From positions 106,973 to 170,972 of the forward strand of contig JACKGO010000003.1 in assembly GCA_020631975.1 (NCBI GenBank): a DNA stretch of 64,000 bases, written 5' to 3'. The position numbers were made by a program, and so were the translations under genes. Positions 37,626 through 47,469 of this stretch are shown piece after piece. Under the pieces are notes generated by a model, which had not been told where the DNA came from, did not search any database, and was given only the letters and a program-made list of their open reading frames with translations. Each line of letters begins with the position of its first letter. The stretch's first letter is position 1. The stretch is from Candidatus Nomurabacteria bacterium (GTDB taxonomy: Bacteria > Patescibacteriota > Saccharimonadia > Saccharimonadales > CAIOMD01).

Positions 37626-38873
37626 CTAGTATGATGTTTTGTTTATTAAACCCATGATGCGCCACTTTGTACTTGGGTTATTAACATCAGAATCAAGCAT
37701 TATCTGGGCTTCGCTAGCATTTGCGCCATCTTGTGGGACGGTCAGCTTGCCTACAACGGTACCCTTCTGAGTTGTTGTTGTTATGGGGTATAACTCAACA
37801 TATGAGGCGTCTAGCGCATTTGTCCATTTATTTAAGGTGATTGGTTCTTTGGTTATTACGTCTGCATTTTCTCCCCATGGTACATCGTAGTGCCCAACAA
37901 CTGTTCCTGCCGCAATACTGGCTGAACCAGAGAGTGCACTCACTGTTGGATCAATAAGTGCCACAGCATCTTTTTGTGAATCAAAATAACGTTCAGAACC
38001 CATCACCACACTAATGATGGTTAGCTGAGTATTATCAACAGTACGTTTGGCAGCTGCTAATAATACACCGCCTGCTTCATCTGTTAAGCCATTTTTAATA
38101 CCTATAACACCGTTACCTTGGTAGTTTAAAAAAACATTGGTATTAATTTTTTGCGTACCTTCTGGTAAATCAATTGATTCTTGGGCGACAATATCCGCTA
38201 TAACTGGGTTATCTAAGGCATATTCGCCAAGACGCACTAAATCTTCTGCTGACGATATTGTTTTTGGTGACAATCCACTTGCATCATCTATGTGCATAGT
38301 GCTTAACCCCATTTTTTTTACCATATCGTTCGCATACGCTGTGTATTCATCTACTGATCCGAACGCCCATTTTGCAGATATATCTGCAATGTTATTAGCG
38401 GATAGTATAAGCATGTATTGCAACGCTTTGTACTGTGAAATAGACTGTCCTGGTTTAATATCTACAACTACACCTTGATGACTAAGGTAAAAATCATAAA
38501 TGGCTATATCGGCATCAGAAATTACAATTTGTTCACCCTGCTCATTATTTACAAGGGGCTTCTTTTCTAAAATTGCCAGTGCGGTTACCAATTTTGCAAC
38601 ACTTGCCGTAGGCCGTGCGCTTTGGTTTGGGCTAGCACTTACAACACCATGCCCTTTAACACCAACAGCAGATTGGCCATATGCAGGCCAAGGAATGGCA
38701 AGTGTATTGGCTAATTTAACGTCTTGAATATCCGCGGTCGCATATACGGTAGGAAATATAACAAGTAATTTCGCGGCAAATATACCTAACACCGCCAATA
38801 CCATAGCGGTAACATATAAACTTTTCGATTTACGGCTTTTTTTACGACGAATAGGTTTGCGATACGAATACAT
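37626..38873 (-). CDS. D-alanyl-D-alanine carboxypeptidase (PBP5/S11 type)
   Basis: SVAK (SxxK), LSANN (SxN) and KNG (a KTG variant). N-terminal TM anchor. Confidence 0.8.
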   Translation of the reverse strand: MYSYRKPIRRKKSRKSKSLYVTAMVLAVLGIFAAKLLVIFPTVYATADIQDVKLANTLAIPWPAYGQSAVGVKGHGVVSASPNQSARPTASVAKLVTALAILEKKPLVNNEQGEQIVISDADIAIYDFYLSHQGVVVDIKPGQSISQYKALQYMLILSANNIADISAKWAFGSVDEYTAYANDMVKKMGLSTMHIDDASGLSPKTISSAEDLVRLGEYALDNPVIADIVAQESIDLPEGTQKINTNVFLNYQGNGVIGIKNGLTDEAGGVLLAAAKRTVDNTQLTIISVVMGSERYFDSQKDAVALIDPTVSALSGSASIAAGTVVGHYDVPWGENADVITKEPITLNKWTNALDASYVELYPITTTTQKGTVVGKLTVPQDGANASEAQIMLDSDVNNPSTKWRIMGLINKTSY

Positions 38874-39100
38874 ACATCATCTATTTTAGCAGAGTAAAAA
38901 ATACTCGTTATATAGCTCCTCATAGCGTCATATATGTGATTGCGCAAGTATCTCAGTACATATTATGGTTGCTTTTTTAAGATAATAATGCTAAAGTATA
39001 ATCTGAATTGTTTAAGATGAATCCAAGATTAGTACTGTTAATACTTAGGTTTCATTACCACAAATCAAAGTATTAAACTAAACAAAAGGATTCATTTTTT

Positions 39101-40312
39101 ATGTCTTTTAACCGTAATCGCCGTGGACCAAGCGGCTCTTTTGGCGGCCCTGGCCGTTCATTCAAAAATAATAACCGTAGAGGTGCCGGTTCTAAAAAAC
39201 GCACAGGTGAATATATTAACCCAGCTAAATTTGTGCAAGCAGCTAAACCTTCTACCCAAACAGAATACGTCGCGCAAAATAGCTTTGATGATTTTGCTAT
39301 AAACGACGTTATAAAAACGAATTTGGCAAGTGGTGGCTATAGCACGCCTTCGCCTATTCAAGACCAAACTATAGCCTACGGCATAGATGGTCATGATATT
39401 GTTGGCGTAGCTAACACGGGCACTGGTAAGACAGCTGCCTTTGCTGTACCTATTATTCATAACGCTATGCGCTTTTCTGATGCATATGCATTAATTGTAG
39501 CGCCCACACGTGAGCTTGCGCAGCAAATAGAACAAGAAGCTAAAAAAATTGGCAAAAACAGTGGACTGTATAGCGCCCTATTAATTGGTGGCATGCCTAT
39601 GGGCCCACAACTTGGCCAATTACGAGCAAAACCGCAAATTGTTATTGGAACACCCGGCAGAATCAAAGATCATATAGAAAGACAATCGTTTGATGTTAGT
39701 AAATTTAATATGGTTGTACTAGACGAAGTAGACCGTATGTTAGATATGGGGTTCTTGCCTGATGTAAAACACATATTGCAACAATTGTCACCAGAACGTC
39801 AGAGTTACTTCTTTTCTGCAACGCTTGACCAAAGAGTCAAAGGGCTTATTACCCAGTTTGCGCCAAAACATATTTCTGTTTCTGTAAAAACAGCACCAAG
39901 TAGCGAAAACGTAGATCAGAATGTCGTGCAATATGGCACAACAAGTCATAAGATAGAAAAATTACATGACATATTAATTAGTCATCAAGATATAAAAGTA
40001 ATAGTATTTGATGAAACTCAAAGAAACGTAGAGCGACTATCTAAAGAACTGCAAGCGAGAGGCTTTAGCGCAACCGCTATACATGGTGGCAAAACACAAG
40101 GCCAAAGAAAGCGTGCATTAGACGAATTTAAAGCAAATAAAGCCAAAATACTCGTAGCTACTGACGTTGCTGCTCGTGGCATTGATGTAAAAGACATTAC
40201 ACATGTTATTAACTACTCTCTACCTCAGACTTACGATGATTACGTACACCGAATAGGACGTACTGGCCGAGCCGGCAAAACAGGCTATGCACTTACATTT
40301 GTAAGTAAATAG
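39101..40312 (+). CDS. DEAD-box ATP-dependent RNA helicase
   Basis: Q-motif region, ANTGTGKTAAF, PTRELA, DEVD, SAT and HRIGRTGRAG. Arg/Gly-rich N-terminus. Confidence 0.92.
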   Translation: MSFNRNRRGPSGSFGGPGRSFKNNNRRGAGSKKRTGEYINPAKFVQAAKPSTQTEYVAQNSFDDFAINDVIKTNLASGGYSTPSPIQDQTIAYGIDGHDIVGVANTGTGKTAAFAVPIIHNAMRFSDAYALIVAPTRELAQQIEQEAKKIGKNSGLYSALLIGGMPMGPQLGQLRAKPQIVIGTPGRIKDHIERQSFDVSKFNMVVLDEVDRMLDMGFLPDVKHILQQLSPERQSYFFSATLDQRVKGLITQFAPKHISVSVKTAPSSENVDQNVVQYGTTSHKIEKLHDILISHQDIKVIVFDETQRNVERLSKELQARGFSATAIHGGKTQGQRKRALDEFKANKAKILVATDVAARGIDVKDITHVINYSLPQTYDDYVHRIGRTGRAGKTGYALTFVSK

Positions 40313-40331
40313 TACTGTATAATGTACTGTT

Positions 40332-40709
40332 ATGAGTGAATCATTAAATAACGCGAACAAAACAATTGCAAAAAAAGAAGAACTAGTTGCCGAGTTACGT
40401 GCACAATTAAATAACTTTAGACTGCTGGCAGTGGTTGTAATTATGATTGTAACGATTAGTACTTGGTTCTTCCATGTTGTAGAAAAATGGGATTGGCTTG
40501 ATTCTGTGTACTATGTAGTAGTCACTATAGCTACCGTAGGGTACGGCGATTACACACCAAAAACTGACATAGGTAAAATCTATGCTATATGTCTTATTAT
40601 TGTAGGCATAGCCACGTTTGGATTTTTTGCCCAGCAACTTTTAAAACGGCAACAACTTCGGGCGCTTGAACGGCAGTTGGGGCGAACAGAAAAAAAGAAG
40701 CAGACCTAA
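40332..40709 (+). CDS. Small two-TM potassium channel
   Basis: TVGYGD selectivity filter between two hydrophobic helices. Confidence 0.8.
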   Translation: MSESLNNANKTIAKKEELVAELRAQLNNFRLLAVVVIMIVTISTWFFHVVEKWDWLDSVYYVVVTIATVGYGDYTPKTDIGKIYAICLIIVGIATFGFFAQQLLKRQQLRALERQLGRTEKKKQT

Positions 40710-40741
40710 ACGCCTGCCATCTGTTATAATACCTAACGCAT

Positions 40742-40818
40742 GCACCCGTAGCTCAGCGGATTAGAGTACTTGGCTTCGAACCAAGGGGTCGCAGGTTCGA
40801 ATCCTGCCGGGTGTACCA
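40742..40818 (+). tRNA. tRNA-Arg (anticodon TCG), CCA encoded
   Basis: Acceptor GCACCCG/CGGGTGT (G1-U72), anticodon stem CTTGG/CCAAG, loop CTTCGAA, T-arm GCAGG-TTCGAAT-CCTGC. 77 nt. TATAAT lies upstream. Confidence 0.9.
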
Positions 40819-41015
40819 CGTCTATATTTAAGGGCTTCTCTATAGAAGTCTTTTTTTTGTAACTTAGTACGTCAATTTCGACAATAGATAGAAAATACGG
40901 CTCGTATATAACTCAGCGTTTTGCTTCAAATAATTTCATGGTGATAATTTTGTACATAGCCGTTTTTCATGTTTTTATAGTTGTAATATTTTTGATTTTG
41001 TGTTATAGTAATTAT

Positions 41016-42347
41016 ATGTCAGAAAAATCAAAAACTGATATTCCACTCGTAAAAGTCCTAGAAGCTATACAGCCATCTAACTCTGGTAAAGGCGAACCTG
41101 TACTGACCTACGCTGCATTAGGTAGGTTGATAAAAGAGTACGAAACCACTCATCGCGCTCGCGAAAGAAAATTTTGGGAAAGTGAGTCTGGTACTTTAAA
41201 TGAATCTTATACTGCTAGAGAGCTCGCTTTTGAGTATTTTCTACACACTGCTAAAAAGCTTATCGATGCCGATGATACTACTCGTGATATATGGGCAGAC
41301 CGCTATACACAAGCTAGTATTGAACTATACGGCGAGCCAGATAAAGAAGAAGTCACAAACCTTATAACAGAAGAATATCAAGCATTATTAGACTTGCGTG
41401 GTAACGAAGATATATCACAAACACATCTTAGCATCTTACTAGAAGCCTATGGGCCTATGTTGGCTACACGCGCAGACAGCCAAGTAGACATAATAGATTC
41501 ATTACATGAACGAGAAGCTATTCATGAATACGGTAAGGCGATACTCGCAAAGTACAAACCAATCTTTGATTTAGTAGAAGAATCCGGCAAAACTGAGTTT
41601 AGTGCCAAAGAATTACATACTCTTTTTGAAAAAGCTCTAGACTGGCTGAAAAAAAATGACGATCCAGACTGGAAAGATTGGTCTATTGGGGAGGCTAAAG
41701 GCAACTTTATATTTGTAAAGGCCGATAACATGACCATTAATATTCCTCCTCATAGAGAAGCGGCTTCAGCGCAAGAAGCTCGTGGAGTCCTTGCGCACGA
41801 GCTTCTCGTTCATGCCTTGCGTGGTAAAAATGGTTACAAAACTGGCGACAAAGAATTAGCAACAGGTGTGGCTGGATATTTAAGTGCTGAAGAAGGCTTA
41901 GGTATATTAAGCGAAGAAGCAATAAATGGTAAGCTCCCAGAAAAAGCCTATGACCGTTACTTAGACATTGCTCTAGCCCTAGGAAGTGTAGATGGTGTGC
42001 AAAAGACGCGCCAAGAGGTATTTGAAATTAGTTTCGCTCGCCAGATAGTCCGTGGGCAGAAAAATGGAACCCTGCGTGATACTGATATGCCCACGCTTGA
42101 ACGCAGAGTATGGGGCCATGTTGATCGTATATATAGAGGAAGTCCGGGTGATAATACTAATGCCAAACAAGGTATTTTTACAAAAGATATTGCATACTAC
42201 GTTGGCTATAAGCTCATGGCGCAATACATTACCGAGCAAATGACTTTGGGTAAATCTGCCAGTGAAATATTTGAGTATTTATCGCAGGCCAAGATTGACC
42301 CCACCAACAAAGAACATGTCGCCCGCCTAAATAGCGCAAAATCTTAG
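41016..42347 (+). CDS. HExxH metallopeptidase-like protein (DUF1704-like)
   Basis: AHELLVHALRG (HExxH) followed by AEEGLG, reminiscent of the QEGLA motif of DUF1704. The start was moved to MSEKSK. The upstream 26 codons are an AT-rich promoter region (TGTTATAGT). Confidence 0.5.
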   Translation: MSEKSKTDIPLVKVLEAIQPSNSGKGEPVLTYAALGRLIKEYETTHRARERKFWESESGTLNESYTARELAFEYFLHTAKKLIDADDTTRDIWADRYTQASIELYGEPDKEEVTNLITEEYQALLDLRGNEDISQTHLSILLEAYGPMLATRADSQVDIIDSLHEREAIHEYGKAILAKYKPIFDLVEESGKTEFSAKELHTLFEKALDWLKKNDDPDWKDWSIGEAKGNFIFVKADNMTINIPPHREAASAQEARGVLAHELLVHALRGKNGYKTGDKELATGVAGYLSAEEGLGILSEEAINGKLPEKAYDRYLDIALALGSVDGVQKTRQEVFEISFARQIVRGQKNGTLRDTDMPTLERRVWGHVDRIYRGSPGDNTNAKQGIFTKDIAYYVGYKLMAQYITEQMTLGKSASEIFEYLSQAKIDPTNKEHVARLNSAKS

Positions 42348-42437
42348 CATATACACTATTCTAAAGTCACTAAACTGATGCTCTGCTTAAGATGTTTAAT
42401 ACCTACCGTAATAAACATTGTTTGATATACTGCATGA

Positions 42438-42974
42438 ATGACTATATATTTAGCAAGACATTGTGAGTCTGAATATAATGTAAAGGGGCTGCTTAATGGT
42501 GACCCTAGTGTTAAGGTATCATTAACAAAAAAAGGGACCGAGCAAGCTAAAAGCCTAGCCCAGTCGCTAAATAATACCAACTTTGATGTTATATACGCTT
42601 CTGAACTGCTACGTACGCAACAAACGGCCCACTATATAAATGTATATCACAATAAAGATATAGTTATAGACAAACGCCTTAACGATAATATATCTGGGTT
42701 TGAAGGGCGCAAAATAGAAGAATATATTAATGCTATCGATGCGACGCCTGATGGCTATAGGGCAAAATTTAATGATGGTGAAAGTTTAGAAGAAGTTTTT
42801 GCACGGGTTAAAAACTTTGTAGATGAGTTAAAACATCAAAATATACAGTCTTGTGTGATTATAACGAGCGGCTATATTATTGAATGTTTATACGGAATTA
42901 TAAGTGATACATACCCCTCGTTGCCAATAAGCTTTGATATACCACAAGGCACCTATAGTGCGCTGACTATCTAG
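42438..42974 (+). CDS. Histidine phosphatase superfamily (PGM-like) protein
   Basis: IYLARHCESEYN (RHG-type catalytic motif). Confidence 0.75.
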   Translation: MTIYLARHCESEYNVKGLLNGDPSVKVSLTKKGTEQAKSLAQSLNNTNFDVIYASELLRTQQTAHYINVYHNKDIVIDKRLNDNISGFEGRKIEEYINAIDATPDGYRAKFNDGESLEEVFARVKNFVDELKHQNIQSCVIITSGYIIECLYGIISDTYPSLPISFDIPQGTYSALTI

Positions 42975-43027
42975 TTGTGAACACGTTTTCTTAAAAAAAG
43001 TATAACCGATTTGTTGTAGTTGCTCTG

Positions 43028-43567
43028 TTATGATTTGTTACTAGAATCGTTTGTATCTAGCAGTTTTTGTTGCTTATTGGTAGCGTTAAGAGTCTGCTGT
43101 AGCACTTCTAAGAGTGATTGGGCGTGTGCGTGGCTCATACCTACCCGCGCAACAGCCATAGTGTGATCGTCGCTACCAAGTGACTGTAGAAAGTTAATGA
43201 CAACGCCATGCCGATTTGATTTAACATGTACCATATCGGTATACAATATTCTGACGTCCCCTGCTGTAACATAGGCCTTTTGCACACTTTGTTCTGAATC
43301 ATCGGTATTAATGCTAGACGTACCTGTTTTTTCTAGATTATAGCCGGCTAATTCCCACAGACGCAGAGCTTCGTCTTCTTTTAGCGCAAAATGGCTAATG
43401 AGGAGCAAAACAAGATCTTCGCTCGGCTGGTGTGTACCTGCCTCTAGCTTTTCTAGCAACGTTACATCTGTTTCTACAGCACCAGATACATCTACCAGCG
43501 TTTCTTTGGCATGTGAGCGTATCTGTTTAAGTTTGATTCCGAACGATTTGAACGGTGCATCTTTCAT
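43028..43567 (-). CDS. XRE-type HTH domain protein with an unknown C-terminal domain
   Basis: FGIKLKQIRSHAKETLVDVSGAVETDVTLLEKLEAG resembles an XRE HTH. Confidence 0.6.
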   Translation of the reverse strand: MKDAPFKSFGIKLKQIRSHAKETLVDVSGAVETDVTLLEKLEAGTHQPSEDLVLLLISHFALKEDEALRLWELAGYNLEKTGTSSINTDDSEQSVQKAYVTAGDVRILYTDMVHVKSNRHGVVINFLQSLGSDDHTMAVARVGMSHAHAQSLLEVLQQTLNATNKQQKLLDTNDSSNKS

Positions 43568-43652
43568 AAAAATGTCTCCGTGATTATTACTATATTATAC
43601 TATGTTTTTTATGTTCTGCGCAGATTTACGTTATAGATTATACTAGTACCAT

Positions 43653-44669
43653 ATGGAAATACTAAAAAACCAACCACTTGCATCACACATTACTATGAAA
43701 CTGGGTGGTGATGCTTCGTACATGGCGGAAGTAACGACAGAGTCTGATTTGCAAGAGGCCATCGCATTTGCCAAAGAGCGGTCACTAAACGTAATGGTAC
43801 TTGGCGGTGGTTCTAATATTATTTTTGGAGACAAAGGTTATGATGGGCTGGTGATAATCAATGAAATAAAGGGTGTCACCATAGACGAACAGTCGGGTGT
43901 TGTACGCGCAGGGTCTGGTGAAAATTGGGATGATTTAGTAGCAGCGTCTGTTGCGCACAATCTTGCCGGCATAGAGGCTTTATCGTTAATTCCAGGTACA
44001 GTTGGAGCTGCTCCGGTAAATAATATTGGCGCATACGGCCAAGAAGTAAAAGACACCATTACGCGTGTGCGCGCCTACGACACCCAAGCGAATGCCATGG
44101 TTGAACTAACGAACAAGGAATGCCAATTTAGTTATAGAAATAGCGTGTTTAAGACACTGCAGTATGGCAGGTACATTATTACCAGTGTTACATTTCAGTT
44201 ACATGTCGCCGACGATGCATATAGCCCACCAAGCTATGCTTCTGTGCAGACAATGCTCCAAAACCAAAATATAACCGAGCCTTCTGTTAAAACAATACGT
44301 GATATCGTCATTAATATTCGTAAAGCCAAACTACCTGATCCTGCGGTGCTGGCGAACACTGGATCATTTTTTAAAAACCCTATCGTTACTAAAGATATTT
44401 GCAATAATTTACTTTTGTCGCACCCTACTATGCCGTACTTTGAGCACAACAATAATGTTAAGTTGGCGGCTGGCTGGCTTATAGAAGCAGCTGGCTTAAA
44501 AGGGCTTAGTAAAGATGGTATTCGCGTGTATGATAAACAAGCGCTCGTGCTGGTCAATGATGGCACTCGCTCCTTTCAGTCACTTTTAAATATGAAGAAT
44601 CTTATTCAGCAAACGGTGTTTGATAAATTTGGGGTTATGTTAGAGCCAGAACCAGAAATTATTGCATGA
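43653..44669 (+). CDS. murB: UDP-N-acetylenolpyruvoylglucosamine reductase
   Basis: FAD-binding N-terminal region (MKLGGDASY, LGGGSNI) and GSFFKNP motif. Confidence 0.9.
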   Translation: MEILKNQPLASHITMKLGGDASYMAEVTTESDLQEAIAFAKERSLNVMVLGGGSNIIFGDKGYDGLVIINEIKGVTIDEQSGVVRAGSGENWDDLVAASVAHNLAGIEALSLIPGTVGAAPVNNIGAYGQEVKDTITRVRAYDTQANAMVELTNKECQFSYRNSVFKTLQYGRYIITSVTFQLHVADDAYSPPSYASVQTMLQNQNITEPSVKTIRDIVINIRKAKLPDPAVLANTGSFFKNPIVTKDICNNLLLSHPTMPYFEHNNNVKLAAGWLIEAAGLKGLSKDGIRVYDKQALVLVNDGTRSFQSLLNMKNLIQQTVFDKFGVMLEPEPEIIA

Positions 44670-46114
44670 AGATAAGTAGACGAGCCTTTTTTAAATACAT
44701 TAAAAAAGAACTACCAACTGTAACATTTGAAGAAATAGTTACGATAGAGCGAGCATATGAGTTTGCAAAAACAGCTCACGCTGGGCAAACGCGAGCAAAT
44801 GGCGACCCCTACTTTCAGGGGCACTGTGTGCCAGTAGCTATGCACGTTATAGATTTAGGTATGGATAGTACTCTTATTTGCGCAGCGCTCTTGCACGACA
44901 CCATAGAAGATACGAGCGTGACGGTAGAAGACATTCAAACAGAGTTCGGCGATGATGTAGCTAGCTTGGTAGAAGGTGTTAGTAAATTGGGTAAATTAAA
45001 ATATCGGGGCAATGAACGTCATGTAGAATCTTTACGAAAGTTTTTTGTTTCTATTGCTCGTGATGTGCGAGTGGTGATATTAAAACTGGCGGACCGTTGG
45101 CATAATTTAGAAACATTACAATATCTACCAGAAGAAAAGCAAAAACGCATTGCACTAGAAAGTATCATGATACACGCACCACTCGCATCACGTTTAGGTA
45201 TGGGTAAATTAGTAACGACTATTAATGATCTTGCCTTTCCGTATGCCTACCCAGAAGAATATACAAAAACAAAAAAATTAATGGTAGCTAGGCTAAAAAA
45301 AGCAGAAGGCACCATTAAAAAGATATATCGTGGCATGTTAGTAACCGTCAATGCATCTATAGGCTATACACCACAAATAGATAAGCGTGTTAAGGGGACA
45401 TATAGCCTATATAAAAAATTAGAAAGAAAGCACTGGAACGAAGACGAAATATTTGATATTGTCGCGCTGCGTGTCATTACACATACCGTTGCCGATTGCT
45501 ATAGTGCGCTTGGTGCAGTACATAATCACTGGCGACCTGTACCAGGCAGAATTAAAGACTACATTGCTGTACCTAAACCGAACGGATATCAAAGTCTACA
45601 CACCGCAATTTTTAGTGGAGATGGGCCTATTGTCGAGGTGCAGTTTAGAACACAAGAAATGCACGAATTTAACGAATACGGTGTTGCGAGTCATCATAGT
45701 TATAAAAACACTACTCTTCAAAAAGGTATCTACAAAGAAACGTTTGCCTGGATAGAACAACTTCGGGAGTTTCAGAACGCCGAACTCACGCCGAGCGATT
45801 ATTTAAAGCGGCTTAAAACAGACTTTTTTCAAGACAGAATTTTTGTATTTACTCCTAAGGGTGATGTGATAGATCTGCCATTTGGAGCTACGTTACTTGA
45901 TTTTGCCTATGCAGTACATACCCAGATTGGTGAGCACGCTAACGGTGGCAAAATTAATGGTAAGTACATGGCACTAAAGACTATTTTGCATAATGAAGAT
46001 ATCGTAGAAGTTGATACAAACAGTAAATCCCACCCCAGCGATAAATGGCTTGATATGTGCATAACATCTAACGCACAAGGCCGCATCAAACGATACGTAA
46101 AACAATTACGCTAG
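44666..46114 (+). CDS. Bifunctional (p)ppGpp synthetase/hydrolase (RelA/SpoT homologue), short form with TGS
   Basis: HD domain (LLHDTIEDT), synthetase region (DYIAVPKPNGYQSLHT) and TGS (IFVFTPKGDVIDLP). ATGA overlap with murB. Confidence 0.88.
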   Translation: MKISRRAFFKYIKKELPTVTFEEIVTIERAYEFAKTAHAGQTRANGDPYFQGHCVPVAMHVIDLGMDSTLICAALLHDTIEDTSVTVEDIQTEFGDDVASLVEGVSKLGKLKYRGNERHVESLRKFFVSIARDVRVVILKLADRWHNLETLQYLPEEKQKRIALESIMIHAPLASRLGMGKLVTTINDLAFPYAYPEEYTKTKKLMVARLKKAEGTIKKIYRGMLVTVNASIGYTPQIDKRVKGTYSLYKKLERKHWNEDEIFDIVALRVITHTVADCYSALGAVHNHWRPVPGRIKDYIAVPKPNGYQSLHTAIFSGDGPIVEVQFRTQEMHEFNEYGVASHHSYKNTTLQKGIYKETFAWIEQLREFQNAELTPSDYLKRLKTDFFQDRIFVFTPKGDVIDLPFGATLLDFAYAVHTQIGEHANGGKINGKYMALKTILHNEDIVEVDTNSKSHPSDKWLDMCITSNAQGRIKRYVKQLR

Positions 46115-47403
46115 GTTTTTGGTGAGCTATCGGATGGTAGTGGAAACGTTGTAGCGACTGCTTTTACTTCTTGGTTTAATGCATGTAGCTTTTTGTCATC
46201 ATTTCTGTTTTTTAGTGCAGCGACTATCCAGGTTGCTAATTGTGGCATATGTTCTGTCTTGAATCCACGCGTGGTAATTGCAGGTGTTCCCAGCCGAATA
46301 CCGCTTGGTTTAAATGGTGGTAATGTATCGTCTGGAATGACATTTTTATTCACTGTTAGACCAGCTTTATCTAGTGCAACTTCTGCTTCTAGACCATTAA
46401 TACCAAGCGAACGAAACACGTCAATGAGCAACAGATGATTATCTGTACCATTGGTAACCAACTTTACCTCTTGTTTCATAAGCTCGTTCGCAAGAGCTTT
46501 GGCGTTATCGATAGTTTGTTGTGCGTACACGGAAAAACTAGGCTGTTGGGCTTCGTGAAAAGCAACTGCTTTTGCTAGTATGGTGTTCATATGGGGACCA
46601 CCTTGCACCCCTGGAAATACTGTTCTATCTATTAATGTAGGAAGATTTTCTATTGTTTTATCTAGAGCTACGAGCGGATTACTGGCAATACCTTTACTAA
46701 GAATAATTCCAGATCGTGGGCCGCGTAAAGTTTTGTGGGTGGTGCTAGACATAACGTGAAAGCCGTAGTCAAACGGATTGGCCAATGCCTTACCTGCAAT
46801 AAGGCCGGCAATGTGGGCGACGTCAGCCATCAGCATCGCACCGTGTCTTTGGCCAATTTCTGCAAATTTTGCATAATTTAATTCGCGCGGGAACGATGAG
46901 AAGCCAGCTAATATTATTTTTGGTTTATGTTGTGCTGCAAGAGCTTCTAGTTCTTCAAAGTCAATTTCACCAGTTTCTAAATTTTTAACTTTATACCGAA
47001 CAAAGTTGTACTGACGCGCCAAAACCGTTACCGGATGACCATGAGTTAGATGGCCGCCATGGCTCAAATCCATAGCCAAAACAGTATCGCCTGGGTTCAG
47101 CCACGCATGGTAGACAGATTCGTTAGCCTGTGCGCCAGAATGTGGTTGTACGTTAGCATGGTCTGCTGAAAATAATTTTTTAGCCGCTTCTATGGCATAT
47201 ATTTCTACTTTATCGGTGTTTTCTTGCCCACCATAATAACGACGGCCAGGGTAGCCTTCGGAATATTTATTTGTAAAGACACTACCTAGTGCTTCTAATA
47301 CATCTTTACTTACGTAATTTTCTGAAGGAATAAGCTCTAAGCCTTCTCTTTGCCTTTTTTGTTCTGCTTCTAAATATTTTTGAAGTGTGCTAATTGAAAT
47401 CAT
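46111..47403 (-). CDS. glyA: Serine hydroxymethyltransferase
   Basis: LIPSENY, EGYPGRRYYGG and TTHKTLRGPR motifs. Confidence 0.96.
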   Translation of the reverse strand: MISISTLQKYLEAEQKRQREGLELIPSENYVSKDVLEALGSVFTNKYSEGYPGRRYYGGQENTDKVEIYAIEAAKKLFSADHANVQPHSGAQANESVYHAWLNPGDTVLAMDLSHGGHLTHGHPVTVLARQYNFVRYKVKNLETGEIDFEELEALAAQHKPKIILAGFSSFPRELNYAKFAEIGQRHGAMLMADVAHIAGLIAGKALANPFDYGFHVMSSTTHKTLRGPRSGIILSKGIASNPLVALDKTIENLPTLIDRTVFPGVQGGPHMNTILAKAVAFHEAQQPSFSVYAQQTIDNAKALANELMKQEVKLVTNGTDNHLLLIDVFRSLGINGLEAEVALDKAGLTVNKNVIPDDTLPPFKPSGIRLGTPAITTRGFKTEHMPQLATWIVAALKNRNDDKKLHALNQEVKAVATTFPLPSDSSPKT

Positions 47404-47469
47404 AGCTATAGTATACGCTTTTCAGATATTTTATTCATACTTTACCATATGTGATATAATAATCTCATT

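Noticed and set aside
38874-39100. The long AT-rich leader upstream of the DEAD-box helicase, considered as a possible cold-shock-type regulatory 5' UTR.
   Set aside because: Only imperfect pairings could be drawn by eye, and there is no recognisable conserved box.
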